From Heteronotia binoei (Eukaryota): DNA of 64,000 nt. Under the pieces are notes generated by a model. That model was not told the DNA's origin. It did no database searches and was given only the letters and a program-made list of their open reading frames with translations. Numbering within the stretch: position 1 is the first letter of the stretch; each line of letters begins with the position of its first letter. Below, one piece after another: positions 11,540 through 22,882 of this stretch. The position numbers and the translations under genes were made by a program. The stretch is from assembly GCF_032191835.1 (NCBI RefSeq), contig NC_083239.1:372001-436000 (forward strand), given 5' to 3'.

Positions 11540-11990
11540 GGGTTGCCAGCCTCCATGTGGGGCCTAGAGACATGGGAATTACAGCGACTACCTTACAATG
11601 GCTGATCTCCTCTCTACAAGGTTGGGGACAGAGGGTGACTCTGGGGGGGGGATCTCCTAGAGTCATCCACTGGAATGTGGGGTCCCACAGGGGGCGGTAC
11701 TCTCCCCCATTTTGTTCAATATCTATATGTGTCCCCTCGCCAGGTTGCCCAGAGGCATGGCCTTGGGTGTCATCAGTATGCAGATGACACCCAGTTCTAC
11801 CTGACGTGGGATGGCGTGCTGAATGATGTGCTAGTAGATCTTGATCTGGCATTGCAAGTGTGAGTGGTTGGCTCAGGCAAAGCTAGTTGAAATTGAACCT
11901 GGCAAAGATGGAGGCCCTGTTTCTGGGTTGTGGTGGTCCTGGGACAGGGGCCGCTCTCCTGACCTGAGATACCCTCAGGATGATGAAGAT
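11540..11990 (+). mobile_element. Degraded L2-clade RT fragment
   Basis: GVPQG-like codons (ggggtcccacagggg) and the HQYADDTQFY motif in ORF 11675-11863. Confidence 0.75.
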
Positions 11991-12885
11991 CAGTTCTCCT
12001 GGTTGCTTCCCTCCCCAAAGCTTGGCCTCTGAAGGCTATACACCCAAATCTCCAAGAATTTCCCAACTTGGAGCAGGCAACCATAAGGAAGCAGAAAAGG
12101 GGGAGGAGTCTGTGGGGGCTTTGGGGAAAGAGAAGGAGGATATGGTGGAGAGAGATCCTGACGAGCTTATGTCAAATCAATGACTCTGAGAACTCTTGCA
12201 GACATTGACTATGCTACTAAGATCAGACTTAAGGGGAGTTCTGTCCCAGATCCAATATGGCAGAGAGGCTTTTTCCCTTCCCTGAATATTTTGAGAGACA
12301 AACCCATGGCAAATAGACAATTCCCTCACTTTGTAAAAAAGTTATATGCCTTACCTAAGTTTGCTAACAAGCTTTTACAGATCCCCTTGCACCAGTTCAG
12401 TCATTTATTGTCTGAAGATAAGACACATTAGACAAAATGACTGAAATGAGCACAGCTTCTATTAACTCCAGAGCCTCCATAGTCTGGACCAGAAAAATGG
12501 TTCAGTTGATTCCTGAGAACAGCAGCTGCCTGCTAGAAGGAGCTTTAGATGCCTTAAAGCTAATGGCTTTACAGCAGAGACTACCCTAGATGTTCTAAAC
12601 TTCTGTTCAAGAAACATGGCTTCAGCAGCAAGGAGGGTGTTATAGCACGTACCTGGCAGGCCAACCTCCAATCTAAATCTGTATTAGCCGCCTACCTCTT
12701 CCAGGGTGACAAACAACCCGAAGAGACTCTTAACAAAATTTTAATAAAGACTAGAGATAAGAAAAAGGCTATGCCCAAGACACATACTGACAAGAGACCC
12801 TTCAGTAGTCACTCCTTTTGCTTTCAACATATGCTACCCAAATACAGACGGGATAACAAAATAACAAATTGTGGTTCCTCTAGAC

Positions 12886-14440
12886 CAGGGGTGTCAAATA
12901 TGTGGCCCGCGGTTCCTATCTGGCTCCCGGAGGGCTCCTGTGAGGCCTGTGAGAAACTCATAGTCCTCTGCTTCCTTCTCTTGCTTTCTTCTGCATTGCT
13001 GCAGCTTGCTTTGCCAAGATTGCTCAATCACACAGGAACTACAGAGCAAAGCCTCTGTTTTCTCTATTGGCTGAGGCTCCTCCCTTGGGAAGGAAGGGGG
13101 AAGAGACAGCTTGGTTGCCAGGCTCTCTCAATCACATAGCAAAGCTACTGAGCAAAGCCTCTCTTTGCTGAGGTTCCTCCCCCTTTTCATCCCCTGGCGA
13201 CAGAGAGAAAGAGAGAGAGCTTCCTTTGTCCAGTTCTCTCAACCGCAGGGAGAGTCAAAGAAAGCACCTTTAAGAGCGATGACGTTTTATTCAAGGTATG
13301 AGTTTTTTGCCTTGCTAGAGAGAGAGAGATGGCTCATTGTGCCAGGCTGTCCTGGGTGCAACTGGGTTTGCCTTCCCATTTTCACTGTAGTCGTGCCTTC
13401 ATGATCCAGTCTTCTTCTCAGTAGGAAAGTAATCTGAACTATTTAGATGAGAAATAACAAGTGAGGTGGTGAGGTGAGGTGGATTAGGCTGAGAGTATGT
13501 GTCTAGACCAAGTTCACTCAGCACTTTTCCTTTGTAGACTGCTGTCTCTCTGTTCTTGCACTGCCTTGTAGGAGTTGTAATTATTTCTCTGGGGAAGACT
13601 ATAGTAGACAAGCACATAGCTCTCAGTCTGTGATTTCACCAGCACTTGAAGCAATTTATCTACAAAAGCGCGCAACACCCAGCCATTTCATGTTTTCCTC
13701 TAGGTCTTAAGCTCAAAGCATTGACTATTTAGTTTGGTGTAGTGGTTAAGTGTGCGGACTCTTATCTGGGAGAACTGGATTTGATTCCCCACTCCTCCTC
13801 TTGTACCTGCTGGAATGGCCTTGGGTCAGCCATAGCTCTCTTATCTGGGAGAACTGGATTTGATTCCCCACTCCTCCTCTTGCACCTGCTGGAATGGCCT
13901 TGGGTCAGCTATAGCTCTGGCAGGGGTTGTCCTTGAAAGGGCAGCTGCTGTGAGAGTCCTCTCAGCCCCACCCACCTCACAGGGTGTCTGTTGTGAGGGA
14001 GGAAGATATTGTGAGCCGCTCTGAGACTCTGAGTGGAGGGCGGAATATAAATCCAATATCATCAATATCATCATCATTTCTGTAATGAATGTCAATAAAA
14101 CAAAAGAAGGTTTGCAACTTACAGATACACACTGGAACAGCATAATCACGATTGCTACAACACAGACATTGTCTCCAGATTTTGATGCAGGAATTTAGAG
14201 CAAGAGGTGTCAGTTATTAGAGACTGTTAAATAAACAAAATATTGCAAGAGTGCTAATTTTAGCATGTTTTATTTTAAGTTTTTTTTTAAAAAAAATCTA
14301 TAATTGTGATTGTCTGTGTCCTTTATAAAGTTTACATCTCCGCTACCTGGCATTACATTTTATGACACACATGGCCCATCCTAACAAGGTCTCATTTATG
14401 TCAGATCTGGCCATAAAAACAAATGAGTTTGACACCCCTG
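12886..14440. mobile_element. Long non-autonomous hAT (Charlie-like) element, family C, with nested SINE
   Basis: TIRs CAGGGGTGTCAAA / TTTGACACCCCTG, TSD ctctagac / ctctggac. Confidence 0.85.
13731..14075 (+). mobile_element. Squam3-like tRNA/CORE SINE with 79-bp internal tandem duplication
   Basis: Family match to the other copies, duplicated unit 13760-13838 / 13839-13917. Confidence 0.88.
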
Positions 14441-16489
14441 CTCTGGACACGCTTGCTCTAGACACCATCTTTTGGTGGCAGATTCAACAAACAGCTTGGA
14501 AATAGAAGCAAATGAGCAGAGTGTGATGGCAAGTCCCCAAAAGTATGATTGGCCACACATTCTGGTGGTGGTGGTGGTGTAGGTAATCTCAGTTACTTTC
14601 AAGATGCCTAGATAGCCTCCCAAGCAAATGCTTGTGCAACAGAGGTAGTCTCCCAGGTCTACAGCATAGAATTTGCTAAACCTCCACTGGAAAGATTTCT
14701 GAGGTCTCCCACTCACAGGAGCCGGACAAAGCAGATAATAATATTTGAGGTTATCCAACATCTCCTCAAAATCTGCATGATAAAATTTGTTCCACTGACG
14801 GAAGACAGGAGAGGTGTCTCTTCCATCTTTTTCACAGTTCCCAAGAAGAATGGAGACTGGAGGGCAATATTAGACCTGAAGTTCCTCAACCAGTACATCA
14901 AACTGTGACATTCAGGATGGAGACCCTCAGATCTATCTCAGAAGCTCTTCAACCAGAGGAATACCTCACCTCTATAGACCTGACAGAAGCATACCTGCAT
15001 GTGGTAATCTTTCCACCACACAGAAGATTTCTGCAGTTTTGTGTAGAGAGCTTCCATTTTTAGTGTAGGGCCCTTCCATTTGGCCTATCCACAGCCCCCA
15101 AGGGTGTTTTCTAAGCTCCGGATCAAGCCAGTCATTCACCTACGGAGACCACTGATCTGGTCAAGTTCAAGAATCAAATCACATCAGGAAACAGAAACAA
15201 CCATATGCTGTTTACAACATCTTGGTTTCTTTATCATCAAAAAGAAAAGTTCACTTCAACCAACTCAGAAGTTAGAACATCTGGGGCTGGCATTAGGCAC
15301 CAGACACAACAGGTTTTTTCCTTACAGACGACAAAGCAAAGCAGACAAGGGAAATGTCTGTATCAGTCATCAAGAGCAAGTCCTCTTCACTGATGACACT
15401 GGCCAAATTACTGTGCCTGTTAATATTGGGAACTGACGTGATCCAATGGGGATGCCTTCATACCAGAACTCTACAGGTCTTTTTCAGACCATTTCTATTA
15501 CAAATGATGAAATAAGAGGACCCTCCAATATGGGTTCCATTGGCGGTAAAATCTAGCTTAACAGCGTGGACAAAGACACACAAACTGTTGCCAGGGAAAA
15601 AACCAAGCATGCTGGAAGGTGGGGGGACAATGCTAGATGATTCTCAAGTTCAGAGCTGTCGGTCCAACTGTGAGAGATTCCTCCCATCTATCTATTGGAG
15701 CTCGGAGTGATCCACCTTGCTGTAATGCAGTTCAGTGTCCAGGTGAAGGGATAACAAGTGTTAGTAAGGACAGACAACACTTCTGCCAAGGCAAACATCA
15801 ACAAACGGACAGGGTATGTGTGTGTCCAAAGCCTTACAATGCCAGGAAGCAATGAAGATCAGAGAAGAATTTAGCATTCATAGAAGTTCCAGTGGGGATT
15901 ACAGCACATTCAGTCAGGAGTGCATTTACTAATACAGCCTTTGCCAACCAGTGAAAGAGGTATGGGGGGCAACTACAGAGTCATCCATTTCCACCTTTGT
16001 GTGACGTTATAAAATGAATACTTATGACTCAGCCAATGCTGCCTTTGGCAGAAGAGTTCTGCAGTGTGTGGTAGACACCTAGACTGCTGAGGACACTGCT
16101 TTAGGAGGTCCCACAAAGATGTCCTCTGTCTCAGAGGGAGAATGGGTTATTGGTCACTTACCCTGAAGGGTCCTTCTCCTCTGAGAAAAGGAGGACATCT
16201 TATCCCTCCTGAAGTCAACATCTGTCTAGGCTACTTCCTTTTCATGCTCCAAACTGTTCTGTTTATATGTCATCTTCTGGTTATCTGTTGTTGCTACTCT
16301 TCTGGGTTAAGTATCAAGCATAGAATTGTTAGAGAACATTTCTACTGTTTTTTGGAGTTACTGGAACTGAAAGGCGAGTGACTCCCACAACACTAACAGG
16401 AGTGGGAGGCGGGGAGTAGTTCCTGCCTCCCTGAAAGGACAATGGGGATCTCAAAGGAGAAGGACCCTTCACAGTAAGTGACCGATGCC

Positions 16490-17680
16490 CCCTGTTCTGT
16501 TCTCATTTTCTTTGAGCTTGTCTTGTAGCAAACTGTCCCTGGATATCATTCTGGCCTTTCCAATCATCTTTCTTACCATATCAAGAGGATATTGCAATTG
16601 TAAAGATGCCTGCTTTAGGTTCTTCAAGCGGGTTGAAGCAGATGAGACTATAGCATAGGGCTTGGCTATTTGGGGTGGTAGTTGGGGTGGTAGCTGGAGG
16701 CATAGAAATATGTTTGTCAATCTGTCAGTTTCCGGTATAATGTGGTGGTTGTGTGTCCTTTGTGTATCTGTACTGTGGTGTGCAGGAAGTTTGTTTCTTG
16801 TGTGTAGAAGAAGAAGATGATATTGGATTTATATCCCGCCCTCCACTCCGAAGAGTCTCAGAGCGGCTCACAATCTCCTTTACCTTCCTCCCCCACAACA
16901 GACACCCTGTGAGGTGGGTGGGGCTGGAGAGGGCTCTCACAGCAGCTGCCCTTTCAAGGACAACCTCTGCCAGGGCTATGGCTGACCCAAGGCCATTCCA
17001 GCAGGTGCAAGTGGAGGAGTGGGGAATCAAACCTGGTTCTTCCAGATAAGAGTCCGCACACTTAACCACTACACCAAACTGGCTCTCCCTAATTCATAGT
17101 TAGATTGAAGTGGGGTGGAAGTTGTTGAAAGCCTGGTGAAATCACTCAGGGGCTTTTTTGTCATGGGTCCAGACAATGGGCAGCCCCTACAACAAAGAAT
17201 AAATAGATATAAGACTGGCATTAGAAACCACAACATTCAAAAACCAGTGGGGAAACAAAACATTCAGTTGCTGACCTAAGAATAGCAGTTCTCTTACAAA
17301 GGAATTTCAAAAGGAAATTAGAAACACAAGACTGCTGAATTACAACTCATAATAAAGCTCAAGACACTACATCCTTCTAGACTGAATCAGAATCTAGGTT
17401 TCCTGTCTTATCAATGCTGATTTTTCCTCACCTGCTATCCTTCTGCATAGCACATCTAATCCAATCGAGCTTGCTATCGTCATTTGGCCTCTGAAATCAC
17501 TCTGGTCTCCAAAATATAAGAACAGACAGACTCACATTCTAGCTCTGTCTGAAGAAGTGAGCAGTGACTCATGACAGCTCATATCGGCCACAAATGTTGT
17601 TCGTCTTTAAGGTTTTACTGAGCCCTTGCTCTTTTCTGCTGCTGCAAAGAGACTAGCACAGCTGCCCTTCTTGATCTTTT
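16490..17680. mobile_element. Penelope-like element: inverted RT fragment (-, about 16490-17150) joined to forward GIY-YIG end and 3' region (+, about 17160-17680)
   Basis: Minus frames give FNNFHP, TTLYRKLTD, YP..MVRKMIGKARMISRDSLLQDK. Plus frames give QRINRYKTGIRNHNIQKPVG and HSVADLRIAVLLQRNFK, followed by a hammerhead-like motif. Confidence 0.8.
16806..17087 (-). mobile_element. Squam3-like tRNA/CORE SINE inserted in the Penelope RT fragment
   Basis: Reverse complement of the family consensus seen elsewhere in the window, (TTC)n tail. Confidence 0.9.
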
Positions 17681-17710
17681 GTTGTTGTTGCTTGTTTTCC
17701 CTCTTGCCAG

Positions 17711-17864
17711 GGGTCTGGCTCCTCAGAATAAACCAGAGCTGCAAAAAGTGATGGAAAGACGGAAACGAGACCAAGTTATCAAACAGCAGAAAGAAGAGGA
17801 GGCACGGAAGAAGAAATCTGATTTGGAAATAGAGCTACTTAAACGGCAGCAGAAATTGGAACAG
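17711..17864 (+). CDS. FAM107B: FAM107B coding exon 2 ([52 protein letters not shown])
   Basis: Polypyrimidine tract and ccag| acceptor at 17710, donor CAG|gtaaga at 17864/17865. Length 154 nt keeps frame. Coiled-coil peptide typical of FAM107B. Confidence 0.96.
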
Positions 17865-18494
17865 GTAAGAGGGGAGGGAATGAAGCCAGTTGAATCTTAC
17901 AGAGAACGTGATATGTACTACTGACAACAAAACAACATAGAAAGTTAGTTACAGAATAGTAATCTAGTGGTCATTTTCATAGTGCATGTGTGTAGAAAGC
18001 AACTGGTTATTTGGGGCTCTAAAAATGATAGGTCAAGTGCATGAAAGAGGGTCCTCATTACCTGGGCGCTGGAATTGTGATCCAAGTGGCCCCTAGTTCA
18101 AATCTCACTGTGACAGAAACTCATTTAGTAACTTTAAAACAAACCCACTTTGGCAATATTCAGATAATAATGTTGCCTACATTTCAAGGTTATTATGAGT
18201 TACCTCTTTGTTGAGCGCTCAGTTGGTTTCCTTTCAGCACTGGTCGTTGTGTCCTGTGACTTGTTTGATGCTATTTGACCTGACCACTATGGCTGTCTTT
18301 GGAAACCCTGGCTCATGTGCTGCTGCGTGCTGAGATTAGGTAGGCAGCATCCTGGGAGATAGCCGCCTTGTTCCTGGCCCCAAAACTCTGGAACTCTCTG
18401 TTGCCATCCTCTGTCATTAGGTGAAGACTTGTTTGTTTCATTTCCTTAGTTGGTCCCTCCTCCCTGCCCAATGCTTTTATGTTTTGCAAAAGGT

Positions 18495-18652
18495 GAGATG
18501 GCTGGACGGCGTTAGTGATGTAACAAACATGAATTTGAGCAGACTTCAGAGGATGGTGGAAGACAGGAGGGCCTGGTGTGACTTTGTCCACGGGGTCGCA
18601 AAGAGTCAGACTTGACTGTGTGACTCAACAACAACAACAACAACAACAACAA
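18495..18652 (+). mobile_element. BovB/RTE 3' end with (CAA)n tail, inside a degraded L2 3' fragment (about 18300-18810)
   Basis: Matches the BovB end at 31380-31520 (RWLD..., ggggtcgca..agtc, caacaa tail). Confidence 0.85.
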
Positions 18653-18861
18653 ATATATTTTAGCTCTAGTTTTATGCTTTAATTATGTGATATTTTTGTT
18701 GGTTTTAATGGTTTTTAAAATGTGGTTTTTATTATGCATACTTTAATGTGTTAGCCACCTGGGTAGCCCTTAGGAGGGTAGACAGGCAGGGTATGAATTT
18801 CGTTCAATACTTTTCCCCCTGTCTCTTCCTCTTTTGAAAAAAATCTGCATTTTATTTGAAG

Positions 18862-18978
18862 CTTGAACTTGAAAAACAGAAGATGCAGGAAGAACAAGAG
18901 AATGCACCTGAGTTTGTCAAAGTGAAAGACAACTTGAGGAGGACCACACAAGAATCAGCAGAAGCACAAAACTCCTAG
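18862..18978 (+). CDS. FAM107B: FAM107B last coding exon ([38 protein letters not shown])
   Basis: Acceptor tttgaag| at 18861, PEFVKV..NLRR motif, TAG at 18976-18978. Exon lengths 128+154+117=399 nt give 132 aa plus stop. Confidence 0.95.
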   Translation, partial: LELEKQKMQEEQENAPEFVKVKDNLRRTTQESAEAQNS

Positions 18979-21900
18979 AAGAGAAGCTGCTGATAAGACT
19001 TAGAGGTCTTTCCTCTGGGGCTGCCTGGGAGAGGTTTCTTCAGCAAGGTCATCTCACCCAGTTGCTGTGGAGGAAGAGAATCTGCATCTGGGTATAAAAT
19101 GTACTCAATATGAGGTCAGTTTCTGGAGCATGTGTGGACTGCAAGTTTAACTGATACCAATTCGCCAATAATAATACAGGAATCAGCAGATAAATAAGCA
19201 ACGTTGTCAATGGAAAGAGCTCTCCAAAGTGGTGACCAGGAAAACAAATTGGACTTGTTGCTTTGCTTGTTTATTCCTGATCCAAGGCTACTGGGAATCT
19301 CAGGCTAGTGTATATAATGCCCCCCCCTTCTATTTTGTGAAATTCTGCTATGCAGAAAAAAATAAACATTCTGAAACCACTTCTCTTGCATTTGGCCCAG
19401 TTTGGAAATGGGCACCCCATAGTCTTTAATATTATTCTGAATTTCTTGAGACTTGTAGTTGGATGTGTCTTGCCCACTACTAGCACGTGGCCTGGCAGGG
19501 GCCACATCAGCATCACTGTGAGCAAATATGGACAGCGAGAGGTGGGGGGAAGTTCTTGGTCATGTAGCTGCTACAAGATCTCTTCAGTTAGCAGGGTGCA
19601 GAGCTGTGCATTTGAAGGCACACAAATGTATGACCCCTACCTCCACCTTGTGAAGCACCCATACTGCTGTGCATTTGTGCAGCAGCCCCTCCTCTGATTC
19701 TTTGGCTTGCATATTTCCACCAGGATGTGAAGAACTGCATAATTGGTTTTGTGTCCTTTTGAAGGGGATTCTTTGAAGACTGAGCTTCTTGGCAGCAGCT
19801 TCCCCTCCCCTCATTTGACACTGCGCGCTGCTTTTGAAACCAAGCATTTTCAAAAGCAGTTCATGCATAAATACTTACTGTTCAAAAAGGGAAAGGGGGG
19901 GGGGATCTCATTGGGTGTATTCTGATCTATAATATAGCCATTTTAACCATGTCCTTTTTTCTTAAAGTAAAGAACAAAACAGTAGGCATAAAAAATAACA
20001 GTGGACTATGTAAAACCTGTGTAAACCAGTACCTGTCCATGGTTGAGTAGAGATTGGGAATGATAAGAGATTGTTTTAGAAGAACCATCTGTCTGCCCCC
20101 TGGGTGTAAGAAGCTTGATTATGTTCTGGTTTCTCTGTTATTCCATTCAGTAAGACTATCTCTGCATTTCACATACAAAGCTGCAGCTTGTCAAGGGAAA
20201 AAATAGCTCTCTTTTAACACCAGTCTGCTGAAATGGGCTTTCTTAGGAACAAGCCTAAACTTTGGTCTGCCTGTGTTTTACCAGCTAAAACTCTTCCAGT
20301 CAGGTGTGGAAATCTTGAGTGACCTTCCAGTTCTACAGTTCTTTAGTATTCCTATGGCTCCAAGGAGTGCAAATCATGCAATGTGGATCTGGGCCTCCAA
20401 GTGCTTTTTACTGATGTCTCCTCCCCTACCCCCAGTGGTCAGGTGAAAGGTATTTGAGGTGTACATCTTCATCAGTAACTGGGAACAGAATTTGCTTTAC
20501 AAAATGCTCACTTTACAAAATGCAGATTGTGTCCTAAGCAGGATCTGCGCAGTCTTAAGTTAGTTTTACTACATAAGGTCATATGTAAGAGATGGGAATA
20601 AATGTTTCATTTTTTGGTTTCTGGATACACAGATATGGTATATTTCTCAAAATGGATATAACATAGACTTTCAGTACAGATCACCTGACAGCTAGTAATT
20701 GCAGTTTAATTACATGAGCAACATTGGAGGAAGATCAGGTCCATTTTTCTTGTTTTGGAGCATTGAGTAATAATGCCTCCTACTTTGTGTAGCTACATTT
20801 GATTGCAGCATCTCTTTGGTGTTGGCACCAGCAATGAAAGAAGTTGATTTTTTGTCATTGCTGTAAGCAATGGTAATGGGAAAATTTTTTTTTTGAGGCC
20901 AGTCTTGTGATGTACCATTGACTATAGGCAGTCTTCCTTTTGACATGAAGCGTTTCAGGTTGTCCAAGCCCATTTGAGAATACAATCACATGGTATATCC
21001 AAGAAACAATTAACTAAATCTTGCTGGGATTAAATTTATTTATGATTTGAACCCTGACAAACAACTTTGTCATTGACGTGGATTTAGAAAGCAGCATGCA
21101 CACCCAGGAGAGTGAAGGGTTGTTTTTTTTTCACAAAGCCAAAATGTGACTTCACAGTGCCGTCAACACTTATGACAGGTCACTCAACAATGCTGGCTTG
21201 TGCTGCTTTTACAAAGCAGAATCTGAAGTACTGTAGTTTCTTTCTTTCCCTTCCGCTCTCCTGGAGGTTAGAGAGTCTTCTAACGGCAAATGGCTCATTC
21301 TTTCCGTGTACAGAGCAACTGGATTTTGCCACTCACCTTCACCTTAGTCTTTCTTTCTGCAATACATAGAAATATTTAAGAAACACCAGAATAACTTGCC
21401 TTAATGCTTTATATCAACTGCTGTAGTTTCCTTATGCTTCTCTTGCATAATTACCCCTTACATAACTAGGCACACTTCTGGATTCCAAGCCTGCGGCAAA
21501 CTCTGGCTCAGTGAATGTCTTAGGGTGCTCAAAATTTGAGAATGGAGGCCTCATCCTAGCTGTCAGTTTCAAATTAATAGTTTCTGGCCCAAAGTGCTCT
21601 GAAGGGAGCCCATAAATGTCATATGCCCTGAGTGACACCTTTAGCTGAATGCACTATATGACTGGACAGGGTCAGGACAGATGTTTTCTATGACACCCTA
21701 AAAATTGTTTGTAGATACAGCAGGAACTCATTTGCATATTAGGCCTCACCCCCTTTAACCAAGCTAGCAGGAACTCTGTTCCTGTGTGTTCCTGCTCAAA
21801 AAAAGCCTTGGATACAATACATCGTAGTGTCTTGGAGTGGGGCAGCGGGTTAGTGGGAGTCACATTGCTAACTACTTGTACAACGTAGTCATATCTCTGG

Positions 21901-22430
21901 CCCATCTAAAAGTCTGCTAGACTTCTTTGTGTAGGAATCCAGAATTTTGTGTTGTGTTGATGTGTGCCTGACAATTTCCTGATATTTTTGATACCTGCTA
22001 TAGGACTGTTAAACACCTTGTTTTCAATGGCAAAGGACAAGTCTCACAGCTAAGATGATTACTGATAAATTCATAATGTTACCCTTCCTAATCTGCTGAG
22101 TAGTTTTGTTTAAGCTATCCTCATAGTTGACTTTATTTTACCATTTGCCTCTTCACTGATCAAAACTTTTAAAACCACTTGGCCTTGGCAATTTAAGGTA
22201 ACAATTAATATTTCCTCTCACTCCTTCTTATCCATCTTCTGTTGATAAATCCATCAGTTTGAATGTGTATAAATATTAAAAAGGGAGCCTTAATGTGGTT
22301 TGTTTTTGTAATTTGATATTTTTTGTATTTGCTCTGGCCCAGTTTGTTTTTAACTGAAAAGTGTTATGAAAATGACGGTGAAATTCTTAGAACCAAAGTT
22401 AACACTTAATAAAAAAGTCTACATGCTTGG
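18979..22430 (+). other. FAM107B: Probable FAM107B 3' UTR with poly(A) signal AATAAA at 22408-22413
   Basis: Nearly TE-free AU/U-rich sequence after the stop codon, ending in a U-rich tract and AATAAA. The 3' end is inferred. Confidence 0.6.
21720..21810. mobile_element. hAT MITE family A fragment within the probable 3' UTR
   Basis: Reverse-orientation match to 3012-3137, ATTTGCAT at 21730-21737, no clear TSD. Confidence 0.75.
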
Positions 22431-22671
22431 AATACACAATTGTGTGAATATATCTCAGCTACATTTAGCATTTTCTTTGATCATTTTAAATTGAATTCTC
22501 TCTCCTTGCAGGAAACAATTCCAGGGCTGTGCTGATAGGTTCTTTCATATTGTCTCCCTGGTTCTGCACATAGAAGGTGTTGCTGATGGTTGCATTAACT
22601 TCGTAGATGCATTTTAATCTCACTGCTTACTCTGCAAAATTTTTACTTTGACTCTCTACACAGCAATAGAT

Positions 22672-22882
22672 TGAACATATGAAGCTGCCTTATACTGAAT
22701 CAGACCTTTGGTCCAGCAAAGTCAGTATTGTCTTCTCAGACTGGCAGCGGCTCTCCAGGGTCTCCAGCTGAGGTTTTTCACACCTACTTGCCGGGACCCT
22801 TTTTAGTTGGAGATGCCGGGGATTGAATCTGGGACCTTCTGCTTACCAAGCAGATGCTCTACCACTGAGCCACCGTCCCTCC
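22672..22882 (-). mobile_element. tRNA-derived SINE with CR1-like 3' tail, full length
   Basis: Minus strand reads ggtggctcagtggtagagc (A box)...ggtcccagattcaatccc (B box)...ggtctgattcagtataaggcagcttcatatgttca. Confidence 0.85.

Larger units (their letters stand above)
12000..16490 (+). mobile_element. DIRS1-like tyrosine-recombinase retrotransposon remnant (gag, RT, YR end), split by a hAT MITE
   Basis: Manual translation gives FFTVPKKNGDWRAILDLKFLN, FRMETL, IDLTEAYLHV, ALPFGLSTAPRVFSK. gag-like RTWQANLQSK near 12650. 3' inverted repeat 16152-16180 / 16455-16483 (27/29). Confidence 0.8.

Noticed and set aside
13731-13800. tRNA-like A/B boxes here and in the other SINE heads
   Set aside because: They continue into SINE body and LINE-derived tails and lack a complete cloverleaf, so they are not tRNA genes.
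19229-21905. Short ORFs on both strands within the probable 3' UTR
   Set aside because: No domain similarity, mutually overlapping, and of lengths expected by chance.
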